This document shows positions 1 through 13,781 of a stretch of DNA of 64,000 bases, one piece after another. Position 1 is the first letter of the stretch, and each line of letters starts with the position of its first letter. Source of the stretch: Camelus ferus (lineage: Eukaryota); NCBI RefSeq assembly GCF_009834535.1, contig NC_045712.1, positions 39,060,001-39,124,000 of the forward strand. The letters run 5' to 3'. The notes under the pieces were generated by a model. It was given only the letters and a program-made list of their open reading frames with translations. It ran no database searches and was not told the DNA's origin. Both the position numbers and the translations under genes were made by a program.

Positions 1-1744
1 TCCCTGTCATTTTCCACCCTCTTCTTCCCCCCAAGCCCCAGGAAGATTTAGTTCCATTCTGCAGACCATCCGTCATGTGTAGACATGATGCTGCGCTCTG
101 GGCAGATCGGAAGGTGAATAATATCACTGTCTTTCTCGTCAGGGTGGGAATCTTAGTCTCAGTGTCGTGTTATGGCCTCTTTAAGTCTTTCCCCTGTTTG
201 CTTTCTGAGGAGCTTTGTCCGAGTGATTTCACAGATCTCCTTCACCTCTTCTAATTCTTTAGGTTCTCTTTCTGTCAGTGGGGTTGTGTTGGAAAGGATT
301 ATTCAAGCTACTTGTGTTTTAACATTCAAGTTACTAAAACCCTTGATTATTTAAAAAAAAAGTTTCTTATGCTCAACTTATAAAGCTTATTTACAAACCT
401 AGTAAATTTTACATGGAAATCATCATCACTTTTATTTATATTTTGATTAACATTCAGGAAACTTGTAAGTAAACACATTAGGATTCCCTAAACTATTTAC
501 CCCAACACAAAATTAATTAACATCTAAACTTAATTTGCGGATTTCATGTATCTGACTCAACCCTGCCAAAATCTTGGCAGAGCATCCTTGCAGCCGAACA
601 AGCAGAGTCTTCTGAGCATCAGGTGACTCGACAAATACATCTAAGCCATAAAGTAGTAGATTAAATTCTTCAGGATTTCAAGCATGTTAAAAGAAGGAAG
701 CACAAAATAGCTCAGTGATTTTTTTTTTTAATGTTGTGACACCCTTATGATAGGACTTACCCAAAGTTGTTCTGTTTACTTCTTCTTCCCTGGGTCTTTA
801 ACCACCCGAAGGGAACAGAATTGCTGTTTCTGCTGTAACCCATGCAGCAGCTGGGATTCCAGACTTGGTGAGGCCAAACCAGGGTGCAAGGCTGGGAATG
901 TGTCCAGTTTCTCTGCCAAAGCCACACTTTACTCACGGGAATGGTCTCACAGTAGTAACACTTTGTTTACCCTTTAAAAAAGTGTTTGGAGTTTATAAAA
1001 TTTTATACCTCTTCCCCCAGTGTATAACTTCCTTACTGAGAAATTTGAGTCACACACCACCCTCCCCACCCCCGTCCATAAACCTTTTACAGATGTTTCT
1101 TCTTTGGCTGTGTCTTTGGCCACCATTCTAGGGAGACCTTCCAGATAGGTCTTCTGGAAGCTTATCCAGCCTTGCTAATAAGCCTTCCTAGATTATGCCA
1201 ACCTAATTCAGAATGCATACACTGATAAAGTTCAGGTATTTGTTGGGATAACTTCTGTAATGGGGGTGTGCGGATATGTGCCTGTGTCTCTTCAGGGTTT
1301 AAAACTTCAGGTTAGTTACATTCAGCTGTGGTTTTAGGTACCAGTTCTGTAAAGTTACAGTTGAGGATAAAAGCTTAACAGATGATACCACCATATTTCG
1401 TTGGTTCTAAGGGCATATTTTCTCACATTTTAACACCTCTGAAATTGACTGCCTTTCTCAGTGGCTGTCCTCAGGTGGCTGCCGTGATGCAGTTGTCATT
1501 GGCAGTACGTGGGCAAACTGAATCTCATTGCTGTAGCCTGACACGGCACCTGCAGCTCCTCATAGTTTCAGCCGAAAAGCTGTTCAGGACTCTTTGAAAA
1601 AAGAAAAGTGAGTCCTCGGTGGTGCTGAATACCTTACTAGTATAAAGAAAAACTTTTAAAAAATTTATATCCAACAAGTACTAGGCTCTCCTATTACTGA
1701 TAATCTGTTGTTAGTTGTTCCTTGTGTTGATACTAAAGGCTGCA

Positions 1745-2400
1745 AATACAGATGTTTTTTCGTCTCTGCCAATGCTTATACCATGTATTTTGTGTCTTAT
1801 TGCACTAGCTAGGGCCTCCAAGACAGCGTTGGATAGAATAGTAAACATCCCTGTCTTAGTTTTGACTTAAATGGTAATAGGCTAAGTATTTCCCTGTTTA
1901 ATGAGTTGTGTGTTTGTAGTAATGGCCTTGATCTCATTTAAGTATCTTTTTTCTATTTCTGTTTTAGGTAGTTTGTTTGCTTGCTTGCTTGTTTTAATTA
2001 GGAATGTCTATTGAATTTTACCAAAAAAAATTTTAGCCCCTGTGTTTTATCGATATGGTTGTTAGTTTTTCACTTTTAAAAAGTGTCAATGTAATAAATT
2101 ACATTGACAGTTTTTCTAATGGTGAGCAATTTCTGCATTCTTGAAATAAACCCTGCTTGGTCATGTTACATTATTCTATTGATTCACTGCTGGACTCTTT
2201 TTACCAGTACAATAGTTAGAGTTTTTGCATCTATAATTATATCTCTATATCTATATCTCTGTAGTTATATTTAAGTGAATTTGGCCTTTTTTAAAAGATC
2301 AGGTTTTGGTATTAAGTATATTCTAGCTTCTTTGAATGAATTGGGATACCTTTTCATCCTTCTCCGTGGTCTAGATCAGTTTGAGTACGTAGCAAATATC
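1745..2400 (-). mobile_element. Old L1 ORF2 fragment (L1M-type)
   Basis: Diagnostic antisense L1 text, e.g. cttattgcactagctagggcctcc...aaacatccctgtctt...tgcattcttgaaataaaccctgcttggtcatg. Boundaries approximate. Confidence 0.75.
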
Positions 2401-2714
2401 TGTTCTCTGATGCTGTCTTCTGCGCAATGCCAGGGGTATAGGATATTACCAAGCTTTTAATCTCTGCCATTATGATTCTAAAATATGATCTCACTGCTTT
2501 AAAGGGTGATCTCTAAAATGCTTTTCCCGCCCTCTTCCAAACTGCCAGGATTTGGGTTATTTTATATTTTGCTTGTGTTTACATGAAAAGTTTCAGAATT
2601 TCAGTAACTTTTAGGCTGAATGCTTATTGCAACAGGAAGGAATACATAGAGGGAGAGCTATACATACACCATCCAAGGTTTTTGCTGTTGGCGGTGTGAG
2701 TAGATTTAACAAGA

Positions 2715-2910
2715 AAAGTAGAACAGGGCTGGTTGTCAAAAGTCTGATTCCAGCCCCAACTCCCTGAAAACTGGGTGACATTAAGCAAGCCTCCGAGTTT
2801 CAGGTTGTTTTTTCCTCATCTGTGTGTCATGTTGATAACTACTTGGTACAGTTACTATGACGATCAGAAGAAATAGTATTCAGGGACTTCCAAATCTTTA
2901 AAGCACTGTA
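2715..2910 (+). mobile_element. MIR SINE
   Basis: Core-like gtgacattaagcaagcctccgagtttcagg...cctcatctgt and tail aaagcactgta. Confidence 0.65.
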
Positions 2911-5559
2911 TTGATACATAGTGTACTTTATGGCATTACTCATTTTTATATGGGATTATGATTAGTTACAATAGAAGATCTCTTCAAAGAAAGTAGGGTT
3001 TTATTTGTAAATGTTTAAGTAGTTGTTTGTTCGTTATAAGACAGTCTTTTTTGCTTATGACCGTGAGGGAATAAAAACAGGTTTTAAATTTTGTTAAGTA
3101 ATCTCACTTTTAAAGATATTATGGTGTATGCCAGTGAGGCAGGCCGGATAACACTTTTGTTTCCTGGTGCCATTAGCAACGTTAAGAAAGTGAACAAAAT
3201 GCTGGCTCATTAATTCTGTGGGTGTCACTATACTTTCTGCTTTTCCTCTTGTCCTCATAGAGAAAGACTTTTTCTGTGTCCTTTGTTCAGTCACCAGGAA
3301 ATAGAGACTTTTTTTTTTTTTGCTGTGACAGAAAGCTTCTATAGCCCAGAAAAAGAAAAATTTTTTTCTCTAGCATGTACTTGGAATATTAGCTAGTCAA
3401 ATCACAACATGCTTTGAGCACCTGAAATGGAAATTATTGAAGAGTTCCTCCTGTCTCACTGTGTGATCTCCACAGTATTGTTGTGAAGAGTTGCTGCCTC
3501 CTCTTTGCCCCTGGTGTCTTTGGCGGTCACCCTGAAGGGTATGTAATCAGTTCCTTTAGCTCATCCTGGATCCCTATTCAGCAGTGCAGGAAGCTGCCAG
3601 CCTAGGAAGTCCAAATATTTAGTTGATTGGTCATGTCATTGGGAGAGAGTGCAGCCCCCACATCTGTGATCAGTCGTGGACAATATTGGCTTATAGATCC
3701 ATTGAGCAGTGTGAGGTCTGGGCAGCTGATTTGAGTCATTCATGTCTATTTCATGGTTAGGAAACAGGCCAAGTGTTGAATGAAGGCCCAGACAACCCTT
3801 GTGGACCATAAGTTACATGGGAATCTAGTAGCGGAAGTGTGGCTTCTTTGATGACATCCAAATGAAAAGAACAAAATATGCCACCGAAGGGAAAAAACTG
3901 TAAGATTCCTCAAAACTAGACTTTAAAGATGTATGGTTACTAAGCTCACCAAGAAAAAGACCAAGGGCCTGGAAGCCAATCTTTTTCACTTTGGGTAGTT
4001 ACCAAGGAGAGCATTCTTTCCCCCTACAAATAAATAAAGACAAAGAAAAGGATGAATTTTTTTTTTTTTTAAGGAAGGATCATCTTGTTGGATTTTTGCT
4101 TTGTGGCGTTTGGTGCTGATCACTCATCAGCGCCCTGAGCACAGGAAGCTTATAACATAAAATCATTTGTTCCTAAGGAGAAGATATAATTAAGTAATTC
4201 TTGAACATGGCCCAAAATTGAATCTCTTAAGATGTAAATTCAATAAACAGTCTCTTTCTCTAACAGCAATGTCCTCTTTATTGGATTGCCTGTCCATTAC
4301 CCGTTTCTTCTGGAAGCTGGCCTCCTGGCTCCCTGACTGCAGTGGGTGCGGCCGGGGCTCTGGTGGGAGCTGGGCCCCCCGATCCTGCCCTGTTCCCAGC
4401 CCAGTGGGAAGCCTGTGAGCCCCCAGCCCAGGTTCCACCCTGCGACCTCCCTGGGAGGGTTTGGAGTTGCCCCATGCGGTACCTGTCTTCGTCTGGCTGC
4501 TCTCCCTGACAGGGACTTTGGGAACACAGGAACTGTTGGCCCTGCCCATTTTGGTGTCACAGTTTGGGAAGCAGAGAGAGCCCCTTGGGAGGCAGAGAGT
4601 GACCAGAAGTAGAAACTCGGAAAAGAAGCGGTTCGGGGACTAAGGACAGTTAGCATGTCCATCTGAGCATGTTGTCCCCTGAGATGCCTGTTCCAGAGGG
4701 CGTGGCTGCCTGGGAGCGGTTCCTGGAGCAGGGCTGCTCAGGGAGAGCTGGCTTCACTTGGGGGAGAGGAGGCGGGGCGGGGCAGGTGGCGTAAATTGGC
4801 TGACTGCTCAGGTGCTTCCAGCCCTGAGTGCCCTTGGTTCTCTAAAGGCACAAACTGAGAGTCTTAGTACTTACCGTAATTTTAAAAACTAGATTTTACA
4901 CATTTTTCTTTAAAATTGACCACAGACTCAGTTTCCTTTTCTAATCATACTTTATTTTTTTAAAATAATGCATACTCACAATTTTAAAAGCCAAATATCC
5001 TTTGAAGAATAATAACAAAACAGGTCACTGCCCCTTTCTAATTTCCTAGAGTCAGTGACTCAGCATTTTAGCCCTTTCTTCTGCTAGGAACCTCGACATT
5101 TCCAGGTAGTGTGTTTTTCAGTGTTACCGACTCTCTACCATGTAATGTGCTTGCTTTTATACCCACCGTACTCTTCTCTTCCTCCATCCTCCCAGTGTCA
5201 TCTTACATCATAGCTTTTGCTTAAATTAATCTTTAAATAGTTATATTATGCAAATATAATTTACAGTGAAGCATGCCATGTGCCATGATCATGTTTCCTT
5301 AAACATAATAGAGTTGATGACTGCCTTATTTTTCGTTTGCTTGGTCTTCTGTGTACCTGTTACGGCTCCTTTCCTAAACTTGGTGTGCTTCCGCACATCC
5401 GATGACCTACCCTCGTTTTGTTTGTTGTTTTCCTTGGAGAGGGTGTTCCAGGAGTCCACGTGGTCCTGTTCCTCCTGCCGGGCTCCTCTCTGAATGTGCT
5501 GCGTGGTCCTCATCCTCACATTCAACTTCTGGAGAATTTCCTGTCTCGCTCCCATTCCC

Positions 5560-6260
5560 TCTCTTAGGCCCCTTCCTTGTGTTGGCAGGTACAGGAGAGA
5601 GGTTTTGGAATCTCGCCTGTCAGGAAACATCTTCGTGCTCACTTCCTCTGCACATGTGGAGGGTGTTGCTATGGAGAGGCTGATGCCAGTCTGACCCCTG
5701 GCCTTTCACATGTGACCTGTTCATTCTCTCTAGAAGCTTCCACAGACTTCTCTTTCTCCCTGGTGTTTGGAAATTTCATAATAATATGCCTTTGTGGGTT
5801 TTTTTTTTCCTTTCCCATCAATTAAACTTGATAATTGCAAACTCCTATTCTTCAGTTCTGTGAAATATCTTGAATTATTTCCTGGAAAATCATCATTTCC
5901 CATCTTCTGTCTTCTCTATTTCTGGACATCTATTACATTATCTGGACTTGTCATTTGTTGTGTATTCTTCCCTGCCCCCATTTTCTGTCTCTCTCTCTCT
6001 CTCTCTCTTTTTTTTTTTTTTGGTTTGTTTTGCTCTGTTTTGTCAAATAGACAAAAATGTCTATTTGAGAAGATTTTCCCAACAGTATTCTCTAATTCTT
6101 CTATTGAATTCATTTCTGCTATCATATGCTAGCATCCATATGTGTACCATCCACATTGGTCTCTGAATGTGTCCACCTCCTTTTAAAAATAATGGTATAT
6201 ACTTTGTTTCACAAACACAGTGTTATCTCTCTGGAGTTTACTTCTGTTCCCTGCCTTGTC
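5560..6260 (-). mobile_element. Ancient L1 (L1ME/HAL1-like) 5'/ORF1 fragment
   Basis: ctctagaagcttcc...ggtgtttggaaatttcataataatatgcc...ttcagttctgtgaaatatcttgaattatt resembles antisense L1ME/HAL1 consensus. Confidence 0.65.
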
Positions 6261-7654
6261 TGTGTCTCCTAACTCCTCCCTCGGTGTAATGGCTTTTTTG
6301 TTGTTGTGTTCGCTGGAGAGAGGTCTTTTGTCCTTCCGTGGGCTGGGGGAGGCCCAGGGCTTGGCTCTCAAGGGAAGGAGAGAGGGGCCAGCGGGGGGGT
6401 CCCCATCCTCTGCACACCTTCACCTGGCTCTTCCAAGGTTTCAGAGCCCTGCCTCCCGAGCTTCACTTGGGTTTGGGTGCTAGACTGTCATTTTAGTGAG
6501 ATTTTGGAGGAAAGGGGAGGAGAAATAAAAGCTCATTTGTTTATTCCACAAGTTTCTCGAATCCCATTATTACATTTTGATTTTAACCATTTGGTAATTA
6601 ACTTTTCTCCTACTTAGTCTGTGCAATACTATTACTTAGAAATGCCTGCAGCCATCAACTTTCCCTTTCTGTCTGTCTTTTTTAAAGCTCTCTTCAGATC
6701 AGACATACCCAACACCTTTTACTAAAGGTCATTACTTCTGTGGTTCTTTTCTTCTCACTGGATCCTGGGAATTTGGTAATTTTTGCTACATTACTGAGTT
6801 TTGTATATTGTCCAACTTCTGAATTAGTTAACATTAACATTTAATATTTATTTTTTATTTCTTCCTTTACCTCCGTGAAGAAGAAAGTAACAACAACGTT
6901 AAAAATGTGAATAGGATAATGAGGTTAAGAAACTTTTAGAGAATATCCGGGATCAAAGAGACAGTGTGTTCTTTTTCACCCACAGAAGAGGGAATATTTC
7001 ATACAGTTGGGCTTTAAATCATGCCCTGAATTTCTCCTGCCAGCTGAATTAGAAAGGGAAAGGTAGTGCATCTTTTCGTTGTTGTTATTAAGCAAAAGAA
7101 AGCATAGAACTTCTTCAGAGACACATTTTTCTGAATTAAGCTCAAAGATGACTTTATCATGTAATTCCTTGAATAGGGAACCTTGATCTACATAATGACC
7201 ACTGTCCTCCAGGTTAGTTTTAGAAAATGTGCACAATAGGCCATTCAAATCGTTTGGTGTAGTTTCTAAAGTGCTTTAATTTGTAGAGGCATTTCTTCAG
7301 GGGGTTGCGGATTATCTAATTACCCAGGCACTTGGTGTTGCTTTTGGGTGCTCTAACCTTAAAATAGAGATAGAATTTGGAAGTCTAATAATCTAGCAGA
7401 CCTTTTTCAATGACTTGATTTCTTAAGCTTTTGCCAGGTGTTAACCACAGTCCATTTATTTTTTAATTCTCTGCCACATTTGCATGGTACAAGTATTCTG
7501 TATTGTTTAAAATGAGGGAAATTATGAACACCACATAGGGGTAAAAGTTAAGTATTTATTAATTAATTACTTGTGCCTGAAAACTTCTCCCCAACTAGAA
7601 GGCCAACCTATGTCATCACAGGTATAAGCAATCAGAGCAGATAGAGCCATGAAG

Positions 7655-7740
7655 AGGTAAGACCTGACCCTCAGTTTCCTCATCTGTCAAGTGGGGATGT
7701 AGTTCCTACGCAGAGGGCCTGGCACTGTGTTAAAATATTA
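7655..7740 (+). mobile_element. MIR fragment
   Basis: ctcagtttcctcatctgtcaagtggggat is the MIR core. Confidence 0.65.
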
Positions 7741-8384
7741 ACTTAAAAAGCGAGACCTGCTTCCCCAGAGATTGGCTGTGGTGAATGAAATAGCATCAAG
7801 ACGTTCCCACCCTCACCCACCATGTGTGCCTGTGGTGTGCAGGTGGGCTGTCCCCTGCCAAAGTCAGAAGGTTCTGTCCAAGTGTAAGTGATTCTTCTCC
7901 TTTTTCTGCTCATAAGCAGCCATAGGCGCCTTCTGTTGAGATTATGCTTTGTCCAAACAGGGAGACCACGTCACCTCATCTTCCCAGGTGCTTTGCACAT
8001 GATCACACCCCAAGTACGTCTGACAGTAAGGGAGCTGTAAGGACATTTCAGATGAGGGGTGCTCCGTCCATTGGGCCATTATGTCCTTCTCTGAGCTTAC
8101 CACAAGTGCAGTGTCTTGGATTCGTGTTGAGATTGTTCCATTTGATCCACGAATCACTTGTATGTGATGATATATTGATTTAACAATTAAAAAATTGCCA
8201 TCAGTGGTTCTTAACTGTTTTCTTAATAAGATAAACTGGAGGGTAATAGTGGGTAGATCATGTCTTGTTTCATTTGCTACCCCTCCCTCCTTGGACGATG
8301 CCTCATGAATAGTAGATGCTCAAGAATGTTTGAACAGGTTGGTATATTTTCAATAAACTTAAAGGTAAATGTAAAAAAAAAAAA

Positions 8385-9150
8385 AATTTGAACGGGTTTG
8401 CCTTATCACATGTTACAAAGCTACAGTAACTAAAAAAATACTGTACTGGCACCAGAATAAATAGACAAATAAATGGAACAGAGTAGAAAGTCTAGGAGCT
8501 GTCAAAAGTATAAAGATACACAAATTTTGGTGTGTGTTACAGTAGGTATTTCCTGTCAGAAGAAAAAAATGAATTGGATATTGAATGGTGTTGGGATAAC
8601 TGGTTAGCCATTTAGGTGGAATGTTTAAAGTTAAATCTCTTTAAATTATACATTAGATTGAAATCCAGTAAAATTAAGGATATACATGTAGAAATGAAAA
8701 TCATTAAAGTACTAGAATTAAAGGTAAATACTTAGCTGATCTTTGAATGGGGAAACCTTTTACTATAAGAATGACACCAAAGGAAGACACTCTAAGAGGA
8801 ACGACTCACAAGTTCTTCATACGGTGTTGCCTGTAAGGCTCAAGACTGAAAAGGAGCTATTTGTTCAACATTAGACAGCTGATTAAATGTTAGTCTCTCC
8901 TTCTACCACTATAAAAATAAAACTGTGTATCAAGTTTTATTATTGGAAAGAGGGCCATGATATAATGCTAAGTGAAAAACTTACGTGTATATGTTACCTG
9001 TATGCATTTCTATAGGAAAAGACCTGGGTGGCTCTAATCCAAATGTTAACAGCAGTAGTTTTTCTTTGGCTGTTAAGACTGGGATCATTTCTTTCCTTTT
9101 GAATTTTCTATGTTGTCTTTCCTTTTTTAAAAATAGTGATTATATATTTA
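8385..9150 (+). mobile_element. Old L1 (L1M/L1ME) 3' ORF2 and 3' end fragments
   Basis: acaaagctacagtaac...tggaacagagtagaaagtc...tggtgttgggataactggttagccattt is L1 ORF2 sense text. Confidence 0.7.
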
Positions 9151-9619
9151 GTTAATCTAGTTAAAAGCCAAAGGACAAAAAATGTCCTACAAAATAATTG
9201 GTGATGATAAAATTGAGGAGAAAACAGAGAGATGTAAACTGCCCTATTGACTAGATTGAACAGAGAAGGATTTTTGAGGATCCTGTTTTATTGCATGATA
9301 ACAGCATTTCATTATATGGCAACTTGAATCTACCATGACCATAAATGTAAATTTCTTTAAGCATAAAAGCCAGATTCCTTCTAAGTAACTCTAAAAGATT
9401 ACATTTTTAAATGGTGATTTCTCTTAAATAGTTGATATTTGATTTATGTATACATTCATTCTCTTTAGTAACCAGTCTTTGTTTTGTTTAGTTTCTCTGA
9501 ATTAAGAAGCAAAGAGCTATTTTGACATACAGATGTGTTAGGGAACACCAAAATTCATGCATGTGCCTCTTAATTAAAACTTTGATGTAACCAACTTAAA
9601 CTGTTTGTAAGTCAAAGAG

Positions 9620-10480
9620 GTAATCACAGAGATGTTGTTTTAGCTCATTGTCCATGTTCTTGCATTTATTAATAGTTCCCTTTGTGTGGCTGCGTATTAT
9701 ACCATCGTGTTGATATATCACAGTTTGTTGGTTTATTCTGTAAAAAAGGGATATTTTTATTGTTTCCAGTCTTTGCAATTTTGAATAGAGCTACTGTAAG
9801 CATTTACCTAGAGTGTTTTGTGTGAATATAGGTTTTCATTTGATTTGGGTAAAATACTAGGAGTGGGATTGCTGTGCAATATGTTAAGGGACTATTTGAT
9901 ATTGTAAGAGACTGCCAATTGTNNNNNNNNNNNNNNNNNNNNNNNNNNNNNNNNNNNNNNNNNNNNNNNNNNNNNNNNNNNNNNNNNNNNNNNNNNNNNN
10001 NNNNNNNNNNNNNNNNNNNNNNNNNNNNNNNNNNNNNNNNNNNNNNNNNNNNNNNNNNNNNNNNNNNNNNNNNNNNNNNNNNNNNNNNNNNNNNNNNNNN
10101 NNNNNNNNNNNNNNNNNNNCATTTATTTTTGATAACGTGACTATGACACTGACTTATGAAGCATCTAGGTCAGTTTTCCTATAGACTGTTTCACAGTGTG
10201 GATCTGTCTGATTGCTTCCTTAAGGTGTATTTTCTTTCTTTTTTTTTTCCTCTCTTCCTTCCTCCCTTCCCTGCCCTGCCCTAATTCTCCTGTCCCCTCC
10301 CCTTCCCTCCTCCTCTCTTCCCTTCCTTTCCCTTCCCTTCCCTTTCTTTCCCTTCCTTTGCTTTCTTAAAAAAAACTGGTTCCTCTGTCCCTATATTATA
10401 TCGGAAATGAGGTTGAAAGGCTTGATTAGATTAAGTCTAAACAGTTTTGGCAAGAACATTTCATGAGTGATGTATATGTG
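9620..10480 (-). mobile_element. L1 3' region fragments (L1MC/ME-like), interrupted by a 197-nt N-run (9923-10119) and a CT-rich tract
   Basis: tttgggtaaaatactaggagtgggattgctg...gagactgccaattgt; ggcttgattagattaag...ttggcaagaacatttcat. Confidence 0.7.
10228..10366. repeat. Polypyrimidine low-complexity tract (CCCTT-like units)
   Basis: Almost purely C/T over about 140 bp, with cccttcc units. Confidence 0.9.
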
Positions 10481-11512
10481 AGGGATTTTTAAAAGATGAA
10501 TTGGAGGAGATTCAGAGCTGCACCTTGATGATGCCACTCCCTGCATTGCAGCAGCTTCCCCAAGGCGGAGAAGAGCTAGAAGGATGTCCTTGACCATTAA
10601 GAGGAACAAATGGGATCAGACACAAGTGGACAGGTCGGACCTCCGTACAAAGGGAGGGGTGGTGGGCGCTCGTGGGTGTTCTCGTCTGAAAGCTTCTGTC
10701 TCTCCGTGAAATGGCAAGGTCAGTGCTGAAAATGAGGAAGCAGAGAGAGGTGTTGGATCTTTGAAGAGAGAGGAGGAAGTGCTGAATCAAATAGGAGAGC
10801 CGGAGGTTGACTGGACCAGGGAGAAGTAGAAATCCCAGGCTGAGAGCCCTCTTGAGGGCATGTGTTTCAAGTGGTGTCAGCTGAAGTTGTGTTTTTTCCT
10901 CTCACTGTTGTTGTAAACATGTTAATAATTAGAGCAATTAATCGTAGGCCCTCACTTCGGGGGATTTTATCGAAGTGTGAGAGTACCCATGGGATATATC
11001 AGTAAAAGTGTTTACGGGGTAGAATTTTAACACCCTTGACATTCACCCAGATTGACTGAACACCCATTGTCTGCAGGATAGGGACATTATGAGGTTTCAG
11101 ATCAAGAGTAGAAAATCTAGACTTGCAAGGAATATTCCATTTCCTAAACATGGAATTTTGAAATTTTGAAACGTTATACTCCCAAAATGTGAGACATTTT
11201 ATGGTAAGTAAGGGGAAAAAGTAAGTGTTTTATTTATGCTCAATTTTTTTCCTTAATATTTCTTTTTAAATTGGATACACTTTTATTAGTTAAACCTGGG
11301 ATTGAATGTTTGATGTTACTTTAAATAGGTTTCCAACTGAAGGAAAGTGTTTTCTGAGTATTTTTTTGGCCATTACAGCAGTGTTATGTAAGAGAGGAAA
11401 TCATTTTAGCATCCTTCTAAAAATACTTTAATGGAAAATAATTTTGCAATCAGAATATATCTGTTTAAAGATGTAATATTAGAAACTATGCAATCTTGAT
11501 TTACAATGTAAT

Positions 11513-12138
11513 TTTTAAATTAACAGAGTTTATTTTTTAGAGCAGTTTAGTTTTACAGAAAAATTATTTTGGAAGTACAGAATTACCATATGCCCCCAAT
11601 TCTCCCAAACAGTTTCCCCTGTTATCAACATCTTGCATTAGTATGGTATGTTTGTTATAATTGGTAGGCCAATATTAATGCACTATTATTAACTAAGGGC
11701 TACAGCTGACATTGGGGTACACTCTGTATTGAACATTCTATGGGTTTTGAAAATGCATGATGCCACCATTAGGGGATCACACAAAATAGTTTTACCATCT
11801 TCAGAAATCTCTGTGTCATACCTCTTTATCCTGCCCCTCCTCCCTCCTGTGGACTCCCAGCCACCACCGATCATTTTACTGCCTCTGCAGTTTTGCCTTT
11901 TCCAGAATGTCATAGAGTTGAGTCATATAATATGTAGCCTTATCAGGTTGAATTCTTTCACTTAATAATAATGTGTTTAAGTTACTTCCATGTCTTTTCA
12001 TGACTTGACAGCCATTTCTTCTCATCACTGAATGATATTCCACTGTATAGAAGTTGCCCACAGTTTATCCAGTCATCTACCAAAGGACTCTTGGTTGCTT
12101 CCCGTTTGGGGCAATTATGAATAAAGCTGCCATAAACT
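11513..12138 (-). mobile_element. L1MC1-like 3' end
   Basis: gagcagtttagttttacagaaaaatt...cccctgttatcaacatcttgcattagtatggtatg...gccttttccagaatgtcatagagttg...attatgaataaagctgccataaac. Confidence 0.85.
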
Positions 12139-13781
12139 ACAGTAATTTTTACAATGCAGTTGTGATTGCTAATACTTCTCTTAAGTTAAGCAGTGCCTTC
12201 ATTTGCTAGACCTCACATTGATTTATTACCCATAGTGGGTCCAAGGATGTTTCCAGATGGCACGAACCATCACAAAAGCAGACAGACTCCTTGCCTCATG
12301 GAATTTGTAGTCTATCTAGGGAAGAGCAAAGATTATGTTAAAAATACGTCTAGGGACTTAAATCAATAAACACATATGTGAATGCCAATGAGAATGTTTA
12401 AGTATGTTCAGTCATTAAAAGATTAAACCCTGGGCACAAAAGTATGTTTAAGGAATAGTTGGAGACCCACGGCCAAGAGTTTTCTTAGAAGAGGTCTTGG
12501 AGAATAAGCCTTTGACATCTGCTCTGTGACCATCACGCATCTCGTATTTAGAGTGGTTTCATTTCTACAGATAAAATTTACGGTTCTTGGCACTTCCAGA
12601 AACGTTTAAAGTTTTCGCTCCCAATGGGACAAGTAATGAAACGATGATCTTAACAGGACCTGGAATATCATAAAAGAGAGTAGTAACAGGTCTCTCTTTG
12701 CTCATGTGCCGTCAAGTCCTATTGATTTGACAAATCAATAGATGAAGTCAGTATAAACTCGGAAGAATTGTCAGGATGAAAAATCATGAAAAGGATTGAA
12801 AACCCACCTAGAGGCTTAGGGAAGAGATTTTCATGTCACCACCACCATCTTACCACCCGAGATTGCTTGGCTTTGAAGCCTAGACACATCAATTACCACG
12901 GTTGGCACATGGGCGCTCTGCAAGCTTGTAAAGCGTAGTTTGCATTCACAGTTTGTGCGAGGGCTGGAGACTCATTAAGACCATCCCTTCCTTCTGCAGT
13001 CCTGGGCCCACGATGAACCACATGTAGACGTGCCAGGAGCCCGGGGGCCCTTCTCTCCCTGGTCTTTGACACCTCGTGTGCTCTGTCACTCTGGTTGGCT
13101 CCTGCACAAGAACCTTCCATTCCTCCTGGGCATTTCCTGCTAGAGGAAGGTCTTTGGGTTAGAGACGGTTCCTTCATCCATCCCTTAAACATCTCCCAGG
13201 GGCCCGTGTGCCCACACTGTCCTGTGCGCCGGGGACACAATAGCAACTGAAGGAATTGTGGGGATTATGAAACTAACTTGCAGAACGGACCAGCATGAAA
13301 TCCTTTAGAACTACCTGCCCGTCTGGCATCATGCCCACAGTGAATTTTTTAAACAGTGATATTACATAATGTATATGAAGGGCCCTGCTAAAAATTCTAA
13401 GACATCATAGTCAACGCAGGAAAGCAGTTAATTTCACTGTGAAGTAAACAGCTTGCAAAGTGAAAGGATTTATAATTAAAACTTAAAATAGGACCCCAAA
13501 TGCTTGCATTGCACTTCCTCAGGCAATTCAGAAGAACACTGATGCTCACTGCTAAGAGGTCCATCTCTGATGAAAACTCAGAAAAGCGTCAGTATTTCCC
13601 ATTGTAGTTTCAGAACTGTATGTCTCTGGAAAACTCTAAATCCTTGCTTACTCTGTATCTTCTTTTAACTATCTTTACAGTTTGGTTTGTGCGTATCTCA
13701 GTCTGACACAGTTATTAATATTGCAGATAGAATAGTTAAGAATTCTCTGCATCATCTTATTGTTCAGTATTTTTAATCCAT

